From Fonticula alba ATCC 38817 (Eukaryota; Protista; Nucleariida): a stretch of 64,000 nt of DNA. The stretch lies in NCBI GenBank assembly GCA_000388065.2, contig KB932209.1; one strand, written 5' to 3'. Shown here piece by piece: positions 50,735 to 63,700 of the stretch (the first letter of the stretch is position 1; each line of letters opens with the position of its first letter). Both the position numbers and the translations under genes were made by a program. The notes beneath the pieces were generated by a model. It did no database searches, had not been told where the DNA came from, and was given only the letters and a program-made list of their open reading frames with translations.

Positions 50735-50832
50735 CCGTGGGCGTTGCGCGGCCAGTTCCCAACATCCCGGCAGACCCCCTTTTCTCCCCTCGCTCAAACT
50801 CCCCCTCCCTCCCCCCCCCCGAGTGAGAAGCC

Positions 50833-51327
50833 ATGTCCTCCATCCTCCCCATCCACAACAACGAGTCGGCCTCGGCCACCACCACCTCCTCTTCCAAGAG
50901 CCCCCTCCGCACCATCGCCTCGGCCCTCATGCTGCTGGTCTTTGTCGGTGTTGTCGGCTTTGTGGGCTTCGCCAACTTCGGTACGGCCTCTGCCGCCCCG
51001 GTCGCCGCCTCCCTCTCGACCGCCTCCGCTCGCTCCGTGAGCAGCAACCGGCCCACCGCCCCGGTGTGCGACAAGCTCGGCCTCTACGATTGCCGCTGCC
51101 CCGACGGCTACATGCCCTCCCGCGACACCGCCACCTGCCAGAAGATCGTCTGCCCGGAGTACTTCGATGCCACCTCCGGCATCTACGTCAACCGCGTCGG
51201 CGAGGCGGCCTTCGACAACCTCCCGGAGAGCTCCCCCTCCGTCCAGGTCCAGGGCTTCCGCATCTCCGGACCCGCTCCCGGGCCGATCACCGCTACCTGC
51301 TCTCGCGACGGCCGGTGGGTCTTCTAA
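50833..51327 (+). CDS. Intronless 164-aa signal-anchored protein with EGF-like and Sushi/CCP-like modules
   Basis: Hydrophobic IASALMLLVFVGVVGFVGFANF; Ser/Ala stalk; CDKLGLYDCRCPDGYMPSRDTATC (C-terminal EGF pattern); IVCP...G...GFRISG...ATCSRDGRW (Sushi pattern); very strong C-ending codon bias. Confidence 0.82.
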   Translation: MSSILPIHNNESASATTTSSSKSPLRTIASALMLLVFVGVVGFVGFANFGTASAAPVAASLSTASARSVSSNRPTAPVCDKLGLYDCRCPDGYMPSRDTATCQKIVCPEYFDATSGIYVNRVGEAAFDNLPESSPSVQVQGFRISGPAPGPITATCSRDGRWVF

Positions 51328-52176
51328 GGGGGGCAGATGGGCACCATATCATCCCCTCCTTCCTACCCCGTATCCCGTCCCCTCTCCGGTTCTCGGCGCC
51401 CTGTTCCTCCTCCCCGCTGCCAGCCGGTTGTCCTTGAGTATCTCCCCCCATCGGTATCCGCCTCCCCTGTGAGCTCGTGACCCGCCACGCCACCCCCCCC
51501 CCCTGCCACCCAGTTCCCCCCCGGCAGCCCTTCCCTGGCCGTGTGTGCTGTGTCCCCCCCCCGTCGCTCCCTCTCTCTGTCTATATTTCTGGCCTGTTTC
51601 AGTGAACCCCTGTCCCCCGCCCGCCGCAGCGTACCATTGTGTTTCGGCGCGTCGAGGACTTGCTTGTGTGTCCTGGCAGAGCCGCCCCGAAAATCCCCAA
51701 AATAGATTCATGCTCACACACACACACACCACACGTGTGGTGTCTGTGTGTGTGTGTCTGATCAGCCTAAAAAAGCCCCTTGTCGTGTTCTTCTTCCTTT
51801 TGCGCCTTTTGTGTTTCTCTTCTTCTTCTTCTCTCTCTCTCTCTTTCTCTGCTGAGGTGCATTGGGTGTGTGGAGCTTCTCCTTGTCCGTCCGTCTGTCA
51901 AGATGTGCACACGTGTGCATGTGCCTGGCACATCTCCCCCATTTTCGTGTCGAAACCCGCGGTGGTCTTGCCTCCATATGCGTGGATGTGTCTCCGCATG
52001 TGCTCGGGTACTCCGGGTTTCCACGCAACACGAAGGATGACACGGGAGCCTGCCGTGAGAGGGAGAGTATATTCGGTCGTCCTCCCTGCCCCCCGTTCCC
52101 CAGGAAGCCAAGCACAGCTCCGGGGAGGGGGGGGGAGGAGGGGGGAGGGAGGGGCGAGGGGCAAGAGAATGCACCC

Positions 52177-52419
52177 TCAGAGCGTGTCGGCTGGACGCAT
52201 TTCCGCGTCTTCCGAAGCAGAGAGACGCGCACGCAGGTCCTCCTGGATGCGTGCCAGTTCGATCACCGGGAGTGGAGCATGTGCAGGACCCGAAGCACCG
52301 GGCGCCTGTCGGGGGGTTTTGCTCAGAGCCACGCGCAGCCGCGCCAGGTCCGACTCGACTAGGGAAAGCAATTCCCGAGCACCGCGTTGGGCAATTGGCC
52401 ATGTCAGCACATTGGCGCG

Positions 52420-52494
<75 letters not shown>

Positions 52495-55400
52495 GTGCGC
52501 GTGCCCATGCATGTGTGTGCGCGCGCCCATGCATGTGTGTGCGCGCGCCCATGCATGTGTGCGCGCGAGGGAGGGCCGAGGACATCAAGCGGTCATGGGA
52601 AGCACAGCTCGTACCGAGAACACCCCGACGATTGGCCGCCTCAATCAGCAGCCAGGCGGACAGGTGGAGGATCAGGGTCAACGGCCGATGGGAGTGATGC
52701 GAGTCGATGGCTCCGAGGGCCGACTCCACAGCCTCCGGGCAATCCAGCCCAGCCCCGAGCATGGCCGTTGCCAAGCCCAAGGCAGCCGTGTGCACCGACA
52801 ATGGCCAATGCGAGCCCGGCAGCGCCTGGCGCGGGAGATCGCCCGACGCGTCTGGCGAGTCGCCGGAGGCCATGGCCGTCACCACCGCCACCGGGAAGTG
52901 GCAAGAGGCCAGGATCGTCCGGACGACCCAGCGCAGGGCCGCCAGCTCAGATGGCTCAATTGCCGCCATCTCCGCCGAAGGACCGAGGAGATTCAGCGCA
53001 TGGGCACATACCTGCAGAGCCTCCGACAAAATGAGCACCGCCGGGGTCGACCGAGCTCCATGCTGCTGGGCCGATGCCGGCCGACCAAGCTGGCCACTTT
53101 CGGCTGTTGTCGTGGGGACAACACAGCGGGGCATGGCAAGGGCCCGGGTTAGTGATATTGGCGGAGGACCGGGCCGCAGGCCGTAGGTCGCGTCACAGGC
53201 CGGAAGCACAGGGTACATACCAACCGGCCCAATCAGGTGCACGCAAGTGGCCAGCGTCGGGCCGAGTGCCAGGGCGGCCAATTCCCCGCGCAGGGACTCG
53301 GCCTGCAGGTGGCCCAAGCCGCGGAGGACATGTAGAAGCCCGGCAACCAGTGGCCCGGTCTGCTGAGCAGCCGGGCCGGACCAGTGGACACCGGCAAGGC
53401 GGCTGACATCCACCAGGGGGAAGCGCTGGGCCAACTCGCTGGCAAAGAGCTGTTCCAGGGGCAGAGAGGAGAGAGGGGGGGGGGGGGGCGAGCGGAGGTC
53501 AGCCATAGGAAACACTTGACATGGCAGGCGGCGGAGCATGTCAAGATGGGCTGGCCTCGGACCTCGACGCCAGACCGCAGAGGCACGGTCAGCTCATCCT
53601 CGGGGCTTGTGGCCCCGGAGCGACACAGGTACTCTGGGAGCATGGATGCATATGAGGGCAGGCGCACGCGCGAAGCAGATGGCCCAACCAAGTCCGTCGG
53701 CCAGGGGAGAGGCAGGGGCCAAGACAATGCGTCGATTAGAATGTGCGAGTGAGGTTCAGGCGGCTCGGAGGCGAAGCGCACCGAGAGACCGACCCAGCAG
53801 GTCAAGGGCCTGCGGTCGGCCAGGCCACCAGGCCTGCGCAATGCCGGGCGCCGAGGCCGCCCCTGCTGGTGAGGGCGAGCCGGAGGTCAAGATGCCCACC
53901 AACATGGGGATGACATGTCGCGCCAGCTCCTTGGCCGGGAGCCCGGTCTCGAGGGGCATGGAGGCCGATGCCGGGGCGCCACCCATGCCGAGAGATTGGC
54001 TGAGCGAGGTCAGGGCTCGGACCAGGGTCTGTCGCGCGGTCCATGACCGCACCGGGCCCAGGGCGCTGATCGTCCGGTAGAGGCCCGGGGCCAGGCGCCG
54101 GGCCGACCCGCCATTCAGCACTGTGTCCCGGCCACAGGAGGGGAAGGACGGCAAGGATGGGAAAGAGAGAGAGAGAGAGAGAGGGATGGTCAGAGGATGG
54201 GGGAAAGAAATGCGGTGGCAAATGCCGGACGACCAAGCGCAAAGCAGGACCCGCATGCATCACACGGCTGCCGGGCGAAGGGGGCAAAAGAAAAGCAGGG
54301 CCACACGCACATGCGCCCACAGCATCGTCCCAGATCCCGCGCCAAAGGTGGCCAACATGGCCACCCTCATGGGCTCCCAGGAAGACCGTCGACAGGAAGA
54401 CCGCCTCGGCGGAGTCGGCTTCGCTGGCGGGTTCGCCACGCCCGGCGAAGGTTTCCCGGCCGCCCACCAGCAGCCGCATGACGGCCTGGCGACCGAAGCG
54501 CATCAAGTCCCGACAGAAGAGGGCACAGGCGGCCGCCGGCGAGGGATCACGCTCGGCCACCTCCTCCGGGGCCTGTTGCCCGGCGGTGGCAGCCGCCGCG
54601 GCGGCCGCGGCCGCACCCGGCTCGGCTGGGATGTCAAAGGAGGAGAGGTACACTCGGCGAATGTGCCGGGCCAGGCTCCACATCACTCGTGCCGGGGAGG
54701 ACTCGCCGGCGGGGATGGGCCTGAGAGCTGGCTGATGCAGCAGCGATGCACACAGGGCCAGGGCCACACCCATTGACCGGCGGATGGCCGCCTGCTCGGT
54801 GGTCAGGGACCCGACGTACGAGGCCCCGGGGCTGGCCCGAGCAAGAGCCACCGCCGACAGGGGCTTCATGAGGGCCGGCACATGTGGGCCAAGCAGGGCA
54901 GGGTACTGTGTTCGAAAGGGGTCAGACTCACGGAGCGACACCGGTGCCTGTGGCAGCAAGGGCACACACACGCATGCCCGCCGGGAGGGAGGCAGGTGGC
55001 GAGGGGAGGAGGCAAGCAAACAAGCAAACAAGCAAACAAACAGGCAGGCAGTCCCGGCCCATACCTTGAGGCAAATGTTGGCAATAAGCTGGCTGGCGCC
55101 ACAGCGTGCCGGGACGCCAATGCCCCCGCGCACAATCTCCCCAAGGGAGGCGACCCATTCGCGCACAACGCCCCTCCGCTGGGGGTCATCGCTGAAGCTC
55201 CCGAGGATGGCCACCGCACACACCTGCGCCGCTTGCATGGCGGTCGATGATCCAACCGCCTTCAGGCGCTGGTCAAGCAGGCGCTCGGCCGACAGATCCT
55301 CGGACAGCAGGCCCGACAGCATATCGCCGAACAGGGCACCCGAGGGGTCGCGCGAGGGGGCGGGCGCCGAGGCTCTCGCCGTATGGGCTCCCCCCCCGGA

Positions 55401-56374
55401 GGGGGACCCGGGCGCGCCTCCGAGTCCCGACCCGGACCCTGCCTCATTGTAGAGGGAATACTCATCGGTGCCCGGACGTCCGGCATGGAAGGCCGCAAAG
55501 GTGGCCAGCGGGGTCTCCATGGCAGACATGGAGTTTAGCAGGCCCCCGCAGATGGCCGGCGCCAGTTCCAGCAGGAGATCCCCCAGTCGCCCGACCAGGG
55601 CCTCGTGCATTTGCCCCTCCGGCGCAAAGGGCGCGTAGACCTTGCTCAGGAAGATGTGGCACTGTCCGCGTGCGCTCTGGGGGCAAAGGTCGCTGATGGC
55701 CAGCTTTGGGCATGGCAAGAAGGGGCAGGAAAGAAAAAGAACAGCCGCGAGTCAGTGAAGGGCACAGGACGGGGCGCCGACCGAGTTTTCGGGTCCCCCC
55801 CTGCTTGGCCGCGCGTTTCGACACCGGCACGTACAATCTGGACTGCACCGAGGACGGCAACGCGCGACAGGGACAGGCGCTGCTCCTCGGAAATGTCACA
55901 CGCTTCAGGCGCATCGGCCGGCGCCCGGGTCAGGAGGATGTCCCGATGGCAGAATTGCAGTGTCGTGGACACCAGTGACTCGGCCTCAACCGCGTGCGGG
56001 CCATCACACAGCGAGGCCGCGGAAGACAGCAGGGACAGGAGTGCCTCATCAGCTAGCCGGGTGGAGAGACTCCCCAGAGCCACCGGCGGCTGCTGCGATT
56101 GCGGCTGCTGCTGTGGCTGCTGCTGGTGGTGGTGATCGACGAAGAAGACGCGCAACTCGGCCGAGCTCGGCAGCGGCGGTCCGAACCCCGGCGGGAAGAG
56201 GGGAATATTGCGCTGGAGGCCCGACCGGTCTGAGAGAGCCGATCGAAGAGTCCGCAAGGCGGCCACCTGCCACTGGCCATCGGCCAGGCTTCCTCGGGAG
56301 TAGATATCAATCAGTCGTAGCTGCGAGCGGGGTAAATAGACATAAATAGAAATACGCATATATCGGTGTGTGTA

Positions 56375-56415
<41 letters not shown>

Positions 56416-57640
56416 ATGGGTGAGACGGAGGGCGCGCGAGGGGGGACGAGAGGTCAGGCGGGCATGAGCACGATGGAGGCATGCGTGTGAAGGGAAAAGC
56501 AGGAAGGGCGGAAAGCGCAAGCCCGGGCAAGGTGGCGGCAGAAGGATACCACGCACTGCCTGGTGCATGACCGCGGCCACGGTCCGCCGGCGGAGGGCGG
56601 CCACCGCGTCCGGGGCCCAGGCAGTCACACCCTCGCCCGGGGTCAAGGCCTTCATGATGGATGCCCACAGGGCTCGCGCAACCGAGCCAATATCCTCACG
56701 GGGGGCTGGGGGGTCTTCCGAGCCGGCGCCGGTGTCCGGAAGATCGCCGGCACCAGGCCCCGACGGGTCATTCATCTGCCCAAGTAGCTCGCTAAGCCCC
56801 GGGAGCAGGGCGGCCAGGGGGTTGTCACGGCCCTGATTGGCAAAGAGCTGGCGGACCGTCCGGTCGAAGCCGTACGACACGCTCGGCGGCCTGGTGTGGC
56901 ACAGGACAAACAGCGGCACCAGCGCCATCGAGTCCATCTCGCCCGAGCCCGGTGGCCCCGGGCGACAGGGATGACACGCGGCCAGCTTCCAAAGGCGTGG
57001 GGATATGTCAGGACATGGGCCATCGTCAGGGGGCAAAGGGAGGCAGGGCAAGGCAGGAGGCCAGGCGCACAGCACCAATGACAGCGCCCTGAAGGAGCTG
57101 GTTGCCCGAGGAGTCGACCGGCACGGCCAACTGCAGGGTGTCGGACCCTGCGCACCCGCCGGCAATGGCACCGAGGAGCAGCCGACCGAGAACCGGTTCG
57201 AAGTGGGTCATGCCATGTTCCTGCACCAGGAACAGGCACACCGCGCGCATGGCCAGGAAGGAGGCCGGCGGGGGGCCCATCCCGGCGGCGGCCGTCGACC
57301 CCAGCAAGACCGACAGGGCACCGGCTCCGGTTTGGGCGTCGCGCGCGCCGGCCGCCCGGCGCCCGGCAGCCCGCAGGACACCGGACACCGGCACGCCGCC
57401 GGTTTGGCCGCCGAGGATCGTATACACCGACCGCATGGCCGAGTCCAAGGTCAGCAGCATGGCCCCAAAGGGCTCGGTACCCTGGAGGTTGGCAACCAAT
57501 TCACGCAGCCCGCAAAGGGCATACACCGCACACACGGAGGAGGCGCCTGGATGGTGGTATGTTAGGAGAGCCGCGATCGAGCAAAGGGAAGGACGCAAAG
57601 CAGGAGAGGACCCTGCAGCCGGGCGGAATAGGCTCCCCCG

Positions 57641-57697
<57 letters not shown>

Positions 57698-57732
57698 ACC
57701 GCAGAAACAACATCGAGGTGTCCGATGACCCG

Positions 57733-57768
<36 letters not shown>

Positions 57769-60700
57769 TGGCCACTTGACATACCGCCATAGTTCCGGAC
57801 AACAGCCACCAGCAGGTGACAAAAGCGCTCCAGAGCGCTCGGGCTGAAGACAGACGCCAGGGCCGCACTGCTGGACTGCCGGCAGAGACTGGCCATGGCG
57901 TCCGGCCGAGCGCGCCATAGCGAGGCCGTCAACGCAGCCCCGGTCAGGGCCAAGCCGGCCGCAGCACTGGCCGCCTTCTCGTGACTGAACCCCATGGCCG
58001 AGGGATCGGTCATGGCGGAAATGGCAGAAAGCAGTGCATCGAAGTGCTCGCGGCGGCGGCCCGCATCGGCGACCGGGGCATCCGGCACAAGGATACCGGC
58101 CCAGGCCCGCGCACAGGCAGCCTTACGACCAGGTGAGGGGTGGGGGGGGGGGGAGGAGCCAATGTCAATGCCAGTCTTGGGGGAAGGCCCGGAAAATGAA
58201 TAGTGCCAGGCAGGGGAGGACAGGTGCCGGCAGCATGCGTACCGACAGGTCCAACGACCGGTCCGGCGAGGGAAGCAGCGCAGAGATGGCTGCCTGAAGC
58301 AGATTGGCGCCGGAGGGACCGTCGGCATGCAGGGACAAGGCCACGCGCGCCAGACACTGAACTGACAGCAGTTGAAGCTAGTCCCAGGCCGGAGACGAAA
58401 AGGCCACCGGGGAAAGGCAGGCAACAGGAAGACCAAAGAGAAGTGGGCCAGGGTTAGAGACATGTTGGAGTGGATGAGCGAAGGAGATAGAAAGTGCACA
58501 GGGCGCCCCCCCCCCCCCCCCGCCCATTTCCTGCCAGTCCTCCGCGCGTACTCGGGAATCAATGGTGTCTGGCTGGGCTGTGGCCAGGGCGATCAGCTCG
58601 CGGCCGATGTCGGCCAGTGGGCCTGCAAAGTCCTCGGCAAGGTCCAGGCGATGCAAAACATCCCCAATGGCGGCGGCCAGCTGGCAGGCAGTCGCCTTGA
58701 TCAGAGGGTAGCTGCGTGGCAAGCGCAAGATATGCAAGCAGGCGCGCAGGGCCAAATCCACAGCCTGAGCCAGATCGGAGCCGCCGAGCCCGGCCAACTG
58801 GCCGGACTTCGGATCGGCCATCATGCGGCCGAGCATGGCAAAGTACGACTGCAGCAGCGACAAATGGACATACCCCTGCGTGGAGGGCAGGGCCCGGCCA
58901 TCGCCCACCTTCTGGGCATACTCATCCAACGCGCGGGCCGAGTCCAGGTACAAAACCGATCCTGGCAGGTAGACGGCCAGGCTGCCAGCTGCTTGTGCCA
59001 CGGTGCCGCGGACGGCCATATCCCGCGATTGCAGGGCATAGCGCTGTGCACGCATGTCAGCAGCCGAGAAGGAGGACCGAGTGTTAATCATCAAAAGATA
59101 CATAGTGACGAGTCAGAAAGCGGGGATGTGTGTCTGTCGGTGTGGGTGTATGTCTAGGGGAGGAGAGGGAGGAGAATAGGGAGAGGAAGAGGAACAGGGA
59201 GAGGAAGGGGAACAGGGAGAGGAAGGGGAATAGGGAGAGGAAGGGGAACAGGGAGAGGAAGGGGAATAGGGAGAGGAAGGGGAATAGGGAGAGGAAGAGG
59301 AATAGGGAGAGGAAGAGGACGAGAGAAAGAGAGAAAGAGAGAAAGAGAGAAGGAGAGAAAGAGAGAAGGAGAGAANNNNNNNNNNNNNNNNNNNNNNNNN
59401 NNNNNNNNNNNNNNNNNNNNGAGAGAAAGAGAGAAAGAGAGAAGGAGAGAAGGAGAGAAAGAGAGAAAGAGAGAAGGAGAGAAAGAGAGAAGGAGAGAAA
59501 GAGAGAAGGAGAGAACGAAGAAGAGGCACATACCACTAGGGAGTCGGCACAACGCTCGAGCGACATCGTGTCAAGGGCGGCCGACCGCGGGCCGAAGATG
59601 GACACCATGTCACACAGGGCACGGGCCACCACAGCAAAAGGACCGGCCTCGGTGTCCTGTGCGGCAGCCAACTGACCAGCCTCCACGAGGGCATCCAATC
59701 GCGCGACCAACTCAAGCAGATGCCCCAGGAAGCGATTGGCCGCCGGGCCGAGATCCACCCGACCAACCAGGGCCGACAGGCCGGCCACTTGGCCCGAGGG
59801 CAGCAGCGGAGGCAGGATGGCATCCTGTAGCGTCAGGCTGAGGGCATTGGCCGAGCCGGTCTGCCCGGGGGCCGAGGCCGGGGCCGGGGCCGAGGCACTG
59901 GGCGAGCCAGGCTCCACCACCGAGGCAGCGGCCTCCTCCTCGGCCGCAGCGCCGGCCGCCTGAACGGCCAGGCAGAAACGCGCGCGCAGGCTCCGAACCA
60001 GCAGCAGGGCGCGCTCATCCGGCGCATCGAGGAACTCAGCCAGATGATCAACCAGGCGTGGAAGTTCGGCCGCGTCCAGGGGCATGCTGATGCTCAGGCC
60101 GGCCTCGCAGGTGTCGATGACCTCCGGCCGGCGGGCAAGGGGCCGGGCTTGGTCGGCAGCAGGTCAGAGGAGGACCATGCGAGGGGAAAGAGAGAGGGGA
60201 AAAAGGGTAAGAAGAAGAAAACAGGAGCCAAGCAGAGCAGGGAACAGGCCCCCGCCGAGAGAGAGAGAGAGAGCCCCAGGTGAAGAGGGCGCACCGTAAA
60301 TCGCCGCATAAAGCCGCAGCAGCGAGCCACACCAGAAGTCCGGGAGTTGGTCCATGGCCGGGACCATGGAGTCACCAATCGCCAGGGGGGCAATCTTGTC
60401 ACTCAAGCCCGGAGGGACATTGGCACACAGCGGATCAATGGCAAGCTTGATCGCCGCGCCGAAGGCTCGGCTTTCGTGATCGGCCGGCAGACCGACAGTC
60501 CGGGCGTCCGGCTGACTGGCGGCTGCCAGCTCGCCCGGCAGCGGTCCGAAGTACCGGCCAACGGCCTGGTCATCGAGCAGGAGACCCCCGATCAGGGGAT
60601 GCCCCGGGCCCAGGATAACCAGCCCGGCAGCCAGCCGGGCCAGATGCTGCAGCTGGCGGATCTGCCGCAGAGGTGGCCACACAAGGCGACTGTCAGCCGA

Positions 60701-63700
60701 GTCCTGGTGGCGGCCCAGCGACCGAGCCACATGTCCCGACACGCTGGCCCGCAGGGTGTCCACCGAGCCGGCCAATTGCGAGCTGAGGATATTTTGATCA
60801 CCAACGCCCAGCTCCACCGGGGCAGGGGCTGACGGCTGGGGGGCGGACTCCTCGCCGGCGGGGGCAGCCATTTCGACATCTCCGGGCGGCGACGCCGGGT
60901 TCGAACGCTGGAAGAGACCGTGGTCCAGTTGGGCCAGGTAAACCATCAGATGCCAGAGGATGACTGGCTGCTCGAGCAGAGTGTCCGGAACTGGAGTCGC
61001 GCGTGTGTGTGTGTGTGTGCATGGACCCGAGCGCGAATCAGCAGGGGGTCATGAAAGGGGAAGAGGGAAGGGGAAAGGTGCCGAGAGGAAGTTGGCGGCG
61101 CCCGGGCAAGAGCAGGCGAGAGGCAGCCAGACGCACTGTACTTGGACACAAAGTCCAGGGTTTTGAGAGCCATCTGCTTCAAGGGCACTAGGAGCACCGA
61201 GACGCGCATTCGCATGGCAGCGCACCCCGACCCGAACGCCGGGAGCGAAGAAATGGATGCCAGATGAGTGAGCAACGGAAAGGCGGGCAGGAGCCGTGCA
61301 TGCGGCCCTTCGCACGGCGAGAAAAGAGACAGCCAGAAGTCCCGGCGATGATGCACAGAGACCGAGGGAGGGCGACCACACGACACGTACAGGGCACAAA
61401 GGCCGAGGTGGCCAGGCGAACCAGCCACAGGGCCAACGGCGCCGAAAAGTCCACCACCAAGCGGGCATAGATGCCTTCACCGAGGGCGGCCACCTCGGCC
61501 CGGGAGAGACTTTCCTCACGTCGGCGGCGTGACAGGGCGCGCATCTCCCGCCGGGCGGTGTGCGCCGCAAACTCCAGCATGTTGCTCAGGGCAAGCAGCG
61601 CGGCACTGGCATGGACTTGGCTCTGGCGCGAGGTCAGCCCGGTCCCCAGGGTCGGGGGGATGGCCTGCGAGCCGGGAATCACATCCGCATCCAGCGGATG
61701 CCCGAGCAGAACAACACATGCGGCATCAATGGCCGCACGGTCAATGCCAGCCCCGGCGAAGCTCGACGAGGCATCCGCATCCGGGGTCAGCTTATAGCGC
61801 TTTTGCAGGAAGAGCATCACCCGGTGGGTGAAGGCCGGCGGCAGGCCGGGCACCGTCCCCGGGCGGCCGAGGACCAGGGCACATAGCGCGCGCAGAACGC
61901 GCTGGCCCGGCTGGCCGGCCGATGGCAGGGCGAAGGACTCCACGCCGCGCGTTTGGGCCACCAGCGATGACACGGCGGCCGACACCTGTCCCGAGGTCCG
62001 GTCGTGGGCCGGGCCCACATGGATGAGCGTCTGCCGGGCAACCGGATGCTCGAGCAGTATGGCAGCCACCAGCAGCGGAGGCAGCAGCTCGGCATCATCC
62101 AGCAGCCAAGCCGGGGCGGCGGGCGTGCTGGCCGGTGCCAGAGCCAGCCGGTTGGACTGGCACACTGCCGCCAGTAGGGCGAGGCTCCGATCGCGTGCCA
62201 GCCGCAGGGCGGCCACAGTGCCCACCATCGGCATCAGGTGCGACGTGGGCCGGCGCAGGGCGGCAAGATCCCGCGTCAGATCGGCCACCTGTTCGGCCGA
62301 CAGGCCCGGCATCGGCTCCAGGGCAGTGGTGGAAGGGCCAACCGGAGCAGTGGGACTAATCCCAGGGGGAGGAAGGCAACGGGTAAGACAAGTGCCGGGG
62401 GAAGAGGCACCGACCAAACAAACGCCCCTCGCTCGCCCGCCGCCCCCTCTGTTAGCATCGGGAGCAGACGCAAACTCTCAGCCATGCATGGGTTTGCCTG
62501 TGCGTATGTGTGTAATAATATAGATATATATATATATGCGTGTGTGTGCGCGTGTGCGTACCGAACAAACAGCAGAATCGAGAGGAGGAAATTGACGATC
62601 ACCTCGCTGTGACAGCCCGCCGACGGGGGAGTACTTGTGACCGAGGGCACCGGGACCCCGCGCAGCAGGGTGGCCAGCTGAAAGCCCGGCATATTGGGCT
62701 GGGCCCAGCCCATCCGAAGGCAGATTTCCCCGGCCAGCTGGACTCCAGCGTGGAGAAGGGCACGGCGCTCGGCGGCCGGGGTACTCGGCAGGGTGGCCGC
62801 CTGGAGGAGGGACGCCGTCAGCGGCACCAGCTGGCCGGCAAGGTCAAGTGGTGGTAGGGGGGCCGTCCCGACAGGTTGGCCAGCCGGGTCACGCAGCTGG
62901 CCGGGAGCCAGTGGCGGAAGCGCCTGCAGCATCAAGGCCACCCCCTGCTCGATGAAGATGGCCGCCAGGTTTCGCACCGGGAAGGAGCCTGAGCCAGGGT
63001 GCAGCCGGCCGAACGTCGGGCTCAGTCAATGACGAGAGGGGGAAATGGGGGAAGAGAGGCAGAGCCGGGTGTGCGATGGGTGGCCCCTCGCAGGGGGGGG
63101 GGGGGGGGTTCACACCGCGAGGGCGCACCATTGGGTGCCAGGTACAGGGCCATCAGCTCGGCCAGGGGGAAGCGCAGGAAGTCCCCGGGCGCCGGCCACC
63201 GGTCACGGAGGAGGGCCACCCCGGCGTCCGGCAGGTCGAACTCGCTGATGTCCAAGTAGGAGCCCCGGGTGGCCGGGCCGCTGTCGCCGGTGGTGGTGGT
63301 GGTGGCGCTGCTGCTGCCCGGATGCGACGTTCCACTGGCCGACAGGATATCCAGCACGGTGCGAGCCTTTTGTTCTTGGGCTCTCTTGGAGGCGGCGCGC
63401 GCTTGGGCCCCAATCTGGGCCAGCACCTTGGAGGCAGCTTGGCGCACGCGGGCGGTGGCCTTGCGGTCAGTCGGATCGAAGACCGACAGGATGGACACCA
63501 GGTAGCCGGCCAGAAGCTTGGAATACTTTTCATTGTCCGAGGTGGCCATCGACAGCGAGAGGCTGATCCTGTCGATGATCTCTGAGAAGGACAGAGAGCA
63601 GAGCGAATGGAATGGGACAGAGGAGGAGGGGCCAGGCAGGCAGGCAGGCAGGGAGAGGGGGCGGACGAGGCAGGAGGAGGATGCCCACGGGCCGGGAAAG

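Noticed and set aside
57562-57868. Poly-Gly or poly-Pro protein segments predicted from the long C/G runs
   Set aside because: The runs lie inside a GT-AG intron (57547-57784) whose removal restores the ECM29 frame.
59113-59675. Repetitive ORFs (ERKGNR)n and (LFPFLS)n
   Set aside because: Translations of the intronic minisatellite.
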